DNA from: Octopus sinensis
Taxonomy: Eukaryota
Length of the DNA stretch: 64,000 bases
Assembly (NCBI RefSeq): GCF_006345805.1
Contig: NC_043005.1
Location: forward strand, 45,384,001 to 45,448,000
Reading direction: 5' to 3'
Each line of letters begins with the position of its first letter. The stretch's first letter is position 1. The notes under the pieces are model-generated. The model was given only the letters and a program-made list of their open reading frames with translations. It did not search any database and was not told the DNA's origin. This document shows positions 53,199 to 64,000 of the stretch, one piece after another. The position numbers and the translations under genes are program-made.

Positions 53199-56100
53199 TG
53201 AAGTTAATCTATATTGTCTGATGATTGGTGGCATAAAACTTTAAGTAATGAAATGTGAAATATCAGCTAAAGTAAATATGAAATATATATATATCAAAAG
53301 AGAAAGAAGAGAGGAGAGATGGAGGGATAGAGAAGGATAAGAGGAGAAAAAAATTGTTTCTTTAACACATGCACACACATATAAACACACACTCAAATAA
53401 AACTCTCTTTGGTAGTTGAAAGCAAGAGCTGTTCATGTTTCATTTCCTGAAACTTTTGATTGATATAATTGTAAATAAATAGAAACATCATCAAATTTGA
53501 AACAAATTGGAAAATGAGAAACCAGTTGCTACAATATTCTCATTGCAGATGTTTGTAATTGCTTTCAAAACAAAATTCTAATTTAGGAACACAAAAGTCT
53601 GGGATTTTTTTTTCTTTTTCCAAGAGTTCTACAGTTCTTTTCTCAATGGAATATAATAAAGCTATAAAAACAAGTTACAATGTTTGAAGTTGGCCCAAAA
53701 AGAATTCTTTTCCAGCAAAATATCACTATGACTGCTTCACTCACTATTGTGATTCTATTTAAAAATAATTTTAAAACAATCACTTTTTCCTCAGGCACAA
53801 AACTATGTTTTACGCTTTGTAGGAAGGGAAATAGATATAGATGATGGAACTGACTCCCATAATTTTATGGGTACTTATTTTATCCATTGAAGAATAAATG
53901 ATAGATGAAAACTTCTGTCTGGCAGAATTTAAACTCAAAACAGTCAGGTACTGAAATAAATACCATAAAACTTTTTTTAATACCAGTGTTTTCAAAGTCT
54001 CAATCATTTTCCCCTTCTTAGATAACATATGTTTTACAATATTTCTGGTTTTCATTAGTATTCCAAAACTATCTAGTCAGAATGCTGGCCAGAAACAGTT
54101 TAGCTCTAATTAACTGATCTATCATCCAAAATGTCAATCACAAATATTTACCATGTGTCATGAATGGCTTAAAGAAATAAAAATTCAAATCTAAGTCACA
54201 AACAGGAATTTTGTAACCAATTCCACCATCAAATTGTTTTTTTTCTTTTTTAATGTTTACTTAAAAATATCATTTTGTAAAATAGCTAACTCTGCTTTTA
54301 TATATGATGAGGAATCTACAAAAATTCATTTATTTAGAAAATGCCAAAGCAGAGTATATGTTCTGGCATTAGACTCAAAATTAAATAGTCATAAAAATAC
54401 CCTGCTTTCAATTATAATTTTACATATCTTAAATAGATTTTAAAATCTAAAAAGTGCATTTATCATAAAAATCATTTGTTTAACTTGCCTTTTACTCTTC
54501 AATCTTAAGATCTTAAACTCTACTAAAACAATTCTCAAACCTATCTTTTCCAATGGTCAGAAATTGAATGCAGGACCAAGATTAAAGTTGGTAACAGAAC
54601 TACTTTATATATATATATATATATATATGAAGAAATAATACATAAAATGGAGAAGTAATAATAAAACTTAGTTTTGAGCTATAAAGCAAAAATTTAAGTT
54701 TAAAAACCATTAAATTAAAAATCTGCTTTAAATTGACAAGAGAAAATAGTTGCTAAGCAGAATAGCATATAAAGCAGCAGTTATTGATAGCATAACTGCT
54801 ATAGAACTTTCAATTTAACTGCTTGGAGAGTTTTTCTGAAATTCATAATCAGCTTAGAAATATATTTTATATTTTAGGAATAAACAAAAACACAATACAA
54901 CTATGAAAAAAAAAAAATGAAAATAATGCAAAAATATCTTCTAAATATTCTTTTTCAAATACCTCTAAGGGTTAAATAATTATTGGAATGTATGGAGACA
55001 AACAAACACACATACATGTACTAAAATATTAACTCAAAATAGACTCCTTAATCTTGAATATAAGTATATTAAGGAAATTAACTTTTTAGTGGTTGTCATG
55101 GTGACAGAAGACCTGGCACCTTCCTTAATCTCTGCTACTGAATGCTGTTAGTAAAAAACAGCAAAAGCAAAAGAACTCCAAGCAGCACCAAGACAATAAT
55201 AACCTAACTCTGACCAAATAGCCTCCACTTTTGTTTACCGCCGCCAGCGGCTAAATATGCATGTCTCCAGAATTAGAAAATATTTTACTTTTTTTTTCTT
55301 TGCGGCAGGAAGGGAGGGGGAGGGGGATTATATATCAGGGAGTGCTGTAGAAAGTAAAAAGGAAAAAAAAAAAAGACTACCACTCATTACACACTTATGA
55401 ACCAAACATGATAGAAAAATGTCTGTTTGTTTTAGTTCATCTGAACTTCAGGATATAGAGAAGACAGTCTTAAGCTGGTTTTGTTTGTTTGTTTTTTTTT
55501 ATTCATTTAATCCTTTTCTTTTTCCTTTTTCTTCTAGATGTTTTAGTCCTGAAAGACTTGTTGTAACATAATTTTGGTATTAATAAATTCATTTTGATTG
55601 AGTTTTTTTTTTATATATATATATATATATATATTATTTTCAATGCCCAAATAATAAAAAATCTCATATAATCATATCGATAACAACTGATTTTAACAAA
55701 AAAAAAAGAAAGAAAAAGAAACAACAAAATGTAATGCCTTTTTTTCTTCTCATTTCAGTTTTCTGCTTTTTGTTTTTTCTTTGGAAGAGATAATCAGAAA
55801 TTAAGTGTACAATATAATAAGGGATTGGAACCAGTTAACAAAGTAAGATTATAGGTACGAAATTCTGTGAAACATTTCTAGAATTTCTAAAGAATATTTA
55901 AACAAAAAGAAAAAAATGTAAAGAAAAAATATATAGAAACTATTGTGTGTATGCTTTCAGATGGTTTTTCTTTTCTCTCTGTAGTGTAGCTAGAATTAGC
56001 TAACAGTCTGGACTTGCCTTTAAAACAGCTTGGAAACAACTGTTGTATCAGCTGTATCTTCTTTCTGGAAAATAGGAAAAAAAGAAAATGGAAATAAAAA

Positions 56101-56218
56101 GTAAAGTGAATATGAAACAAAAGAAAGTGAAATAGTCATGACAATTATTAATTCAAATCAGTAAATAAAAAGAGGAGTGTTAAAGACAAAAAAATGATCA
56201 GCATGAAGTGTGTGTGTG

Positions 56219-56252
<34 letters not shown>

Positions 56253-56256
<4 letters not shown>

Positions 56257-56552
56257 ATGATCACGTGACCGACCAGACCATCAGATGTTGCTACACATTG
56301 CTGGTCACAATGCATTCGCATTGTTTTAGCCTTCGAATGACGCCACCCCACTGGCTAAGCAAGCAGGCCAACAGAAGAGTGAGAGAAAGAGTGGTGAAAG
56401 AGTACAGCAGGGATCACCACCTCCTGCCGGAGCCTTGTGGAGCTTTTAGATGTTTTTGCTCAATAAACACACACAATGCCCGGTCTGGGAATCGAAACCG
56501 CGATCCTACGACTGCGAGTCCACTGCCCTAACCACTGGGCCATTGCGCCTCT
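56253..56552 (-). mobile_element. SINE family C, duplicated at 57831-58130
   Basis: tRNA-like head gaggcgcaatggcccagtggttaggg..ggtttcgattccc. Confidence 0.88.
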
Positions 56553-56579
56553 ACATATATATATATATATATATATATA

Positions 56580-57430
56580 CTAGCTGATAATTCCTGGTAA
56601 AGCGGGGGCTTATCCCTTGGTTCCATTTTCATAATTGTTTCGCTAATCCAATAACAACAATACAAAGTAAGTAGCCCTTCAAACGGTTTTTGTACATTTA
56701 CACAAAATACCAAAATGTCTTACACTGTCTTGTTTTTAGGAATTCTCAATAAGTTATGAATACCTAAATTGTGAAGTCAGTTATGAAATAACATGAAATT
56801 TGTTACCCGATAGTAAGAATTCAAATAAAGTAGCCCCAAAAAGGGCTTTAATGCATTCCCAGAGTATATAGAACTTATGAGGAAATACTAAAATCCTGAA
56901 GCATGTTACGTAATAACAGGCTAATCAGCTATAAGATAATAACAATTCTAAGTAAATAACTCTGAAAAGGGCTATCGTGCGTTCCCAGAGAATATTACCC
57001 TCAGCGTAATAATAAGTCACTAACCGAAATAAGTGGATCTATTGTTTAGAAAAATACTATTTACTTGTTTAAATCTTGTACTGGATAAATTATGGTAATA
57101 GATTTAACAGTTCAAATACTGAGAAATAAGCATGCTCAATTTGATTTATACCAAATGATTTAGGAAAATGAATGGGTTATTTCCCTTGGCTGCTAAAATC
57201 TGGGTGAATGGGTTATTTCCCTTAGCTGTTAAAAATGAAATATATAAGTATTCCTTCCAGGTGACCTATTATTGATTTTTTTTAACAATCTGAGTATGTT
57301 ACGAGGTTTCCAGACATGAGTTCTACTCAATTGTCAAGTTTCATCAAAATCAACAACACGATGTAGGAGGAGTTAGCTAACAACTCTACAAACATAAACA
57401 CAAACAGAATTTACCACGTATGTAGCAGAT
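56580..57430 (-). mobile_element. Non-autonomous Helitron-like element, duplicated at 58158-~59008
   Basis: Minus-strand 3' end CTAG|T preceded by a short imperfect GC hairpin (cccg ctttac cagg). The gtttcatcaaaatc..ggaggagtt..acaaac block then microsatellite near the other end resembles Lep1-type Helitrons. 5' end uncertain and may extend to ~57800. Confidence 0.55.
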
Positions 57431-59378
57431 GTATAAATGTATATATATGTGTGTATATATGTATATATACATATGCATAAATATATATATATATGTATAT
57501 ATGTTTGTATATATGTGTGCATATATGTATATATGTGTGTATATGTATATATATGTGTGTGTATATATATAAAAGTGTATATGTATGTGTGTATATATAT
57601 GTATGTGTGTGTATATATATAAAAGTGTATATGTATGTGTGTATATATATATATATATGTGCATATATAAGTATGTATATCGAAGTCTATATATATGTGT
57701 ATATATCTGTATACACGTATGTATATATACGTATGTATATATATACGTATATATATATATGTACAAATATATGTATATAAATATATATAGGTATGTAGAT
57801 ATATATATATATATATAATATATATATATATCACATGATCACGTGACCGACCAGACCATCAGATGTTGCTACACATTGCTGGTCACAATGCATTCGCATT
57901 GTTTTAGCCTTCGAATGACGCCACCCCACTGGCTAAGCAAGCAGGCCAACAGAAGAGTGAGAGAAAGAGTGGTGAAAGAGTACAGCAGGGATCACCACCT
58001 CCTGCCGGAGCCTTGTGGAGCTTTTAGATGTTTTTGCTCAATAAACACACACAATGCCCGGTCTGGGAATCGAAACCGCGATCCTACGACTGCGAGTCCA
58101 CTGCCCTAACCACTGGGCCATTGCGCCTCTACATATATATATATATATATATATATACTAGCTGATAATTCCTGGTAAAGCGGGGGCTTATCCCTTGGTT
58201 CCATTTTCATAATTGTTTCGCTAATCCAATAACAACAATACAAAGTAAGTAGCCCTTCAAACGGTTTTTGTACATTTACACAAAATACCAAAATGTCTTA
58301 CACTGTCTTGTTTTTAGGAATTCTCAATAAGTTATGAATACCTAAATTGTGAAGTCAGTTATGAAATAACATGAAATTTGTTACCCGATAGTAAGAATTC
58401 AAATAAAGTAGCCCCAAAAAGGGCTTTAATGCATTCCCAGAGTATATAGAACTTATGAGGAAATACTAAAATCCTGAAGCATGTTACGTAATAACAGGCT
58501 AATCAGCTATAAGATAATAACAATTCTAAGTAAATAACTCTGAAAAGGGCTATCGTGCGTTCCCAGAGAATATTACCCTCAGCGTAATAATAAGTCACTA
58601 ACCGAAATAAGTGGATCTATTGTTTAGAAAAATACTATTTACTTGTTTAAATCTTGTACTGGATAAATTATGGTAATAGATTTAACAGTTCAAATACTGA
58701 GAAATAAGCATGCTCAATTTGATTTATACCAAATGATTTAGGAAAATGAATGGGTTATTTCCCTTGGCTGCTAAAATCTGGGTGAATGGGTTATTTCCCT
58801 TAGCTGTTAAAAATGAAATATATAAGTATTCCTTCCAGGTGACCTATTATTGATTTTTTTTAACAATCTGAGTATGTTACGAGGTTTCCAGACATGAGTT
58901 CTACTCAATTGTCAAGTTTCATCAAAATCAACAACACGATGTAGGAGGAGTTAGCTAACAACTCTACAAACATAAACACAAACAGAATTTACCACGTATG
59001 TAGCAGATGTATAAATGTATATATATGTGTGTATATATGTATATATACATATGCATAAATATATATATATATGTATATATGTTTGTATATATGTGTGCAT
59101 ATATGTATATATGTGTGTATATGTATATATATGTGTGTGTATATATATAAAAGTGTATATGTATGTGTGTATATATATGTATGTGTGTGTATATATATAA
59201 AAGTGTATATGTATGTGTGTATATATATATATATATGTGCATATATAAGTATGTATATCGAAGTCTATATATATGTGTATATATCTGTATACACGTATGT
59301 ATATATACGTATGTATATATATACGTATATATATATATATGTACAAATATATGTATATAAATATATATATAGGTATGT

Positions 59379-59438
<60 letters not shown>

Positions 59439-59984
59439 ATATATGTACAACCAAAACGTCCCCCATCCAATGGACATTGCTGAGTTGTCAAACATTTAAA
59501 CCAAACTTTCTCAAAACAACTTGTCTGACCGTCCCATAGGCCTCCCCTTTGAGAAACACTGATTTAACCTAAATTTGAGACACCAGCAAGAAGAAATAAA
59601 GATAGACTTTTTTTCTATTCCAAAGAAAAACGATTTTATTCGCACAAATATGCAACCGAAGAGTTTAAAGTACCAGTAATGATAAGGCTGTTGATTGGAA
59701 GAACACAAACATGGTTTAAACAGTAAGCTTGGCAGGAAAGAAACGTGCCTTTAAGCAGTACAAAAACAATAAAAAAATGGAAGGTGCAGTTATGTACAGG
59801 TTGACGGAAGAAAAGCAAGACAAAAACGATGTATGCAAATGGGTTAGCTGGAGGTAAACCTAGATAGAAAAGCATGAGGAATTTATGAGAACGTACCTGG
59901 GACAATAATAAGTTTATCTGATAAAACATGTAGGAAATCAACTTGGGACGATTTTTGATGAAAAGCAACAACCTAGGGAACTAA

Positions 59985-61343
59985 GTAACAGAGGGTCCAG
60001 CTATCCGAGGTGACGGTACCTTGGTAGATAAAGCAATTAAGAGTATAAAGACAGGGAAAGCCCCCAGCCCATCAGGAATTACTGCAGAGATGCTCAAAAT
60101 ATCTGGCAGTGTCAGCTGTAGCCTAGTCACCAGTATAGTTAACCAGCTGATACATGAAGGAGTCATACCCAATGACTGGTGTAGCAGCATAATAGTCAAC
60201 TGCTACAAAAGTAAAGGTGATGATTTAGATACAAATAATCACAGAGGTATCAAGTTGTTGGATCAGGTAATGAAGGTCTCAGAGAGGGTCATAGCCCAAC
60301 TAATTAGGGATAGAGTCAGTTTAGATGAAATGCAGTTTGGGTTCGTGAGAGGGAAAAGCACCACCGACGCTATATTTCTGGTAAGACAGCTGCAGGAGAA
60401 ATACCCAGCCAAAGATAAACCTCTGTACCTGGCTTTCATTGACATGGAGAAAGCCTTTGACAGGGTGCCCTGATCCCTTATATGGTGGTCAAAAAGGAAA
60501 CTAGGGATAGATGAATGGTTAGTGAAAGCTGTGAAAGTCATGTATAGGGATGCTGTGAGTAAGGTGAGGGTTGGCAACAAGTACAGTGAAGAATCCCAGG
60601 TAGATGTAGGAGTCCACCAAGGTTCAGTCCTTAGCCCCCTCCTATTTATCATAGTCCTCCAGGCAATAACAGAGGAATTCAAGACAGGATGCCCCTGGGA
60701 GCTCCTCTATGCTGACGACCTTCCTCTAATTGCTGAGTGACTATCCGAACCAGAGAAGAAGCTTCAAGTGTGGAAACAGGGATAAGAATAGAAAAGCCTT
60801 AGAATCAACCAAGCTAAAACCAAAGTCCTAATAAGCAGGAAGGCAGGCAAACCACAAATTCCTTCAGGTAGATGGCTCTGCTTGATCTGTAGAAAAGGCG
60901 TAGGTAGAAACTCTATAGGATGTACCCAGTGTAAACTATGGACACATGAGAGGTGCAGCAATATCAAAGGAAGGCTTACTGGGAAGATAGTTTTTGTATG
61001 TGGCAGATGCTCAGGAGCAATAAACACTGAAAATGTGCAGAGAACAACGTCCGCCACATTACAGGGAAAAAAACTAGAAGTAGTTGATAACTTCCGTTAC
61101 CTAGGTGACCAAGTCAGTAGTGTGGGAGAGGGTGCTGAAAGTGTAGCTGCTACAATAAGAATAGCCTGGGCAAAGTTCAGAGAGCTCTTACCTCTACTGA
61201 TGACAAAGGGTCTCATGCTCAGAGTAACAGGTAGACTGTATGATGCATGTGTACGAACAGCCATGCTACATGGCAGTGAAACATGGACCGTGACAGCTGA
61301 GAACATGCGTAAGCTCATAAGGAATGAGGCCAGTATGCTCCGA
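59985..61343 (+). mobile_element. RTE LINE fragment: RT core plus PHD-like finger, truncated at both ends
   Basis: KAPSPSGITAEMLK..NHRGIKLL..QFGFVRGKSTTDAIF..FIDMEKAFDRVP; GVHQGSVLSPLLF..LLYADDL; CLIC..CTQC..H..C..CGRC; several stops. Confidence 0.93.
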
Positions 61344-63564
61344 TTGTCGATCAAGACAAGAAACGATTGTAGTGGCGGTTTTTTTGACTATTTATTAAAT
61401 TTTATGTATTGATTAAGTCTTTCCTTGTTTGTTTTGCAAAATAGTGGTTTTGTCTCAAATAATATTTTATATATATATATATATACATACATGTATATAC
61501 ATGTCTGTTGAATACCAGATGTCCCTAATGCCAATAGACAAAGGAGATCTTCCGACTTTCAATCTGTATCAGAAATGTTACCCATACAATTGAGAAAGTG
61601 ACTCAATTTAATTTTGTTCCTTTGAGGCATCACAAAATTTTGAAAAGAAACCTTTTTGTTTAAGAAGCAGCGAAATACAAATGAAGCTAAAAAGTATGGC
61701 ACATAATAAAAAAAAGGATGTTGTTTAGCCTCAGTCAGCTCTGAATGTATCCCTATACTTAGAGGCATACCAGTGAAGACCATCCATCCTTTATTAATTT
61801 ATATCAGGGACTCCTGTTATCTAATATATTTTTTCTTATCAGGTGTGATTTGAGAGAAATTTGGTTGCTCTTGATAGGTCAAATGATACCCTAGAGATTT
61901 GCCTTACTTATGACATTGTTATCATAAAATGCTAACATCCATGATAAAACATGAGCATATTAAAACAGGCTGGTTGATACTAAAGGGGATAATTGTCTTT
62001 GTAGATCTGTCAGCATCGCTGCTCTCAAGAAACTCAAAATGAGTGATTCTCAACCATCTTTTGCCTATGAACTTTTTTGATTCCTATTTTATTCTGATGT
62101 GCCACCACCACCACCGTGTTAAAAAAAAATTATACTTTTATAGTTAGATATTATTAGGGATTGTATAAATATTGTTAAAATAATTTTTGCATTGTAGAAG
62201 TATAACTAATTTATTGCTCATAAACTTTAATGATGAAATCTTAAATGGACCCCGGTTGAGAACTTAAAAATGATAGCTCCCGACAGAGTCCCTAGAGCCC
62301 TCTAGGCTCATCTTCAATTCCTGCTTTCAGTGTCCACTCAGAACGTAACTAACAGAAACAACTTCATTGGCATTATTCTTATTTAGAATCAAGTAAGTCA
62401 TCACATTTGGATGTAGCATTACTGAATCATTTTTTTTTAGCGTTTATCATTTACTAGTTTCAGTCATTAGACTGTGGCCATGCTGGGACACCACCTTGAA
62501 ATGTTTTTAGTCAATCGAATCAACTAAAAAATTATTTAGCTCACCATGAAAAGTTGAATAACTTATTACAATAGTGGACATGACAAATAAGAACAAGAAC
62601 TAAGAATAACATAAACCATAAAGATCAAGTAATACATACAACAGCAACACACACGCACAACACTTGAAGTAGCACCTTGCAGATACTCTGACAGTCATAT
62701 CACTTGCAAGTGACCTCTCATAATATTGTCTAGACTAAAAGAGATACCAAACTATCAATTCTGGGTACAATAATACAATATATAACTCATCAGTTCTATA
62801 TTATTTCTGTTGGTGAAGTGTGGCTAGAATTGAAAGTTTCAAATATCACCTAACAAGACTGCTCATAATGAGAATAGTTTCTGTATGTAGAGTTAATTAC
62901 TGTAAGCTATGTTAAATTGATTGACATCAAATGCTGTTGCTAGCTTGGCATTATTAAAACTGTAGCAGAGAGAATGGAAACAATATTTGAAATGTCTTGC
63001 TTGAAGAAACCTGACAGAATTCTTTACTCTAACAAGTGTAGTAACTTATTGTTAATTTAAGATTGATGGCTATTGTATATAATGTTTACTATCTCTTCTT
63101 ATGAATTTATTTACGATAATGTATTGGAGGAAAAACAATTTAGCATTAGACAGCTTGAAATAATCATTCTAATTCCTTGTTGATCACATGACAGGAAGAA
63201 GATACATCTAGACATAGAGATGTCCTCAAGAATGTAGGTGAAAGAGATGAAGTATGATAAGAAAATACTAGTAAAACTGAGCCAACTAATTTTATTTGAC
63301 TGTTTGCTCAATGTGCATTTGCTTTTCCATGCTGGCTGGGTTGGATGAAGACTCAGCAAGGCAGTATTTTATGGATGGACATGCTTACCATCACCAACTT
63401 CTGCCTGTATTTCAAGTAAGGAAGTTTTCATTCCACTGGTTGACATAAATCAAAAACAAAGAGTCACGCAATGTTTTGTTTACAGGGGATGTAAGCATGG
63501 CATTGCTGTTTTTCCTACAAAAACTTTTGGAATGTAAATACTCTTATACACGCATATAAATACA

Positions 63565-63865
63565 TGTGAAGGCACATGACCTAATGGCTAGGATATTGCA
63601 CTCACAATCATTAGATCATGGGTTCAATTCCTGGGCTGGGCAGTGCATTGTGTTCTTGAGCAAAACACTTCATTTTACATTGTCCCAGTTCATTCAGCTG
63701 TAAGTGGGTAACCCTGGGATGGAATAGCCTTCCATTCAGGCAAACATGTTGGCCTGCTTGCCTAGTCAGCAGGTTGGTATCATTTGGAAGCTAAAACAAT
63801 GCGAAGTGCATTGTAACCAGCAATGTATAACAATATCTGATAGTTTGGTTGATGCCATGATACTG
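63565..63865 (+). mobile_element. Diverged tRNA-headed SINE related to family C
   Basis: gggttcaattcctgg B-box-like, tgtgttcttgagcaaaacactt central block, family C-like tail; related partial copy at ~8425-8630. Confidence 0.75.
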
Positions 63866-64000
63866 TGATAAACAAACTCACACATACACTTGGCAAGGGA
63901 TGTTTTACACAGTTTCTGTCAATCAGTTTCACTAACAAGGCATTGTCAACCCAAGTCTATGTAGTGGAATAGAACTCAAAACTATGTGGCTATGAAACAA

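Larger units (their letters stand above)
56253..59410. repeat. Near-identical tandem duplication, period 1578 bp
   Basis: 56253-57830 repeats at 57831-~59410; ORF track shows identical ORFs offset by 1578; only (TA)n length differences noticed. Confidence 0.95.

Noticed and set aside
59590-59985. ORF 59636-59971 and a KKRAFKQYK-like plus frame
   Set aside because: Possibly a very old LINE remnant, but too degraded to call.
61300-61380. Abrupt 3' truncation of the RTE as a special event
   Set aside because: Explained by ordinary post-insertion deletion; no distinctive junction signal.

Overview
AT-rich eukaryotic, largely non-coding 64-kb window. Its repeat content ((TA)n/(CA)n tracts, three abundant tRNA-headed SINE-like families, (CAT)n-tailed RTE-related elements) is most consistent with an octopus/coleoid cephalopod genome; this is inference, no database search was run. 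No intact protein-coding gene is recognisable, and nearly all ORF-track entries are microsatellite or antisense artefacts. Decayed mobile elements: three RTE LINE fragments (two with a PHD-like C4HC3 finger), three CR1/L2-group LINE fragments, a near full-length DD34D mariner pseudogene, a TSD-flanked 3' fragment of a CRE-like (RLE) LINE, TTAA and hAT-like MITEs, and a Helitron-like element inside a 1578-bp tandem duplication. Most notable: six sequence-unrelated type I hammerhead-ribozyme-like motifs (four with intact CUGANGA/GAAA cores), all with a self-complementary helix III of the Penelope/retrozyme type. One lies in a ~450-bp partially tandem, retrozyme-like unit and another in a perfect fold-back. 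Structures were folded by eye. SINE/LINE boundaries are approximate (about 10-30 bp).
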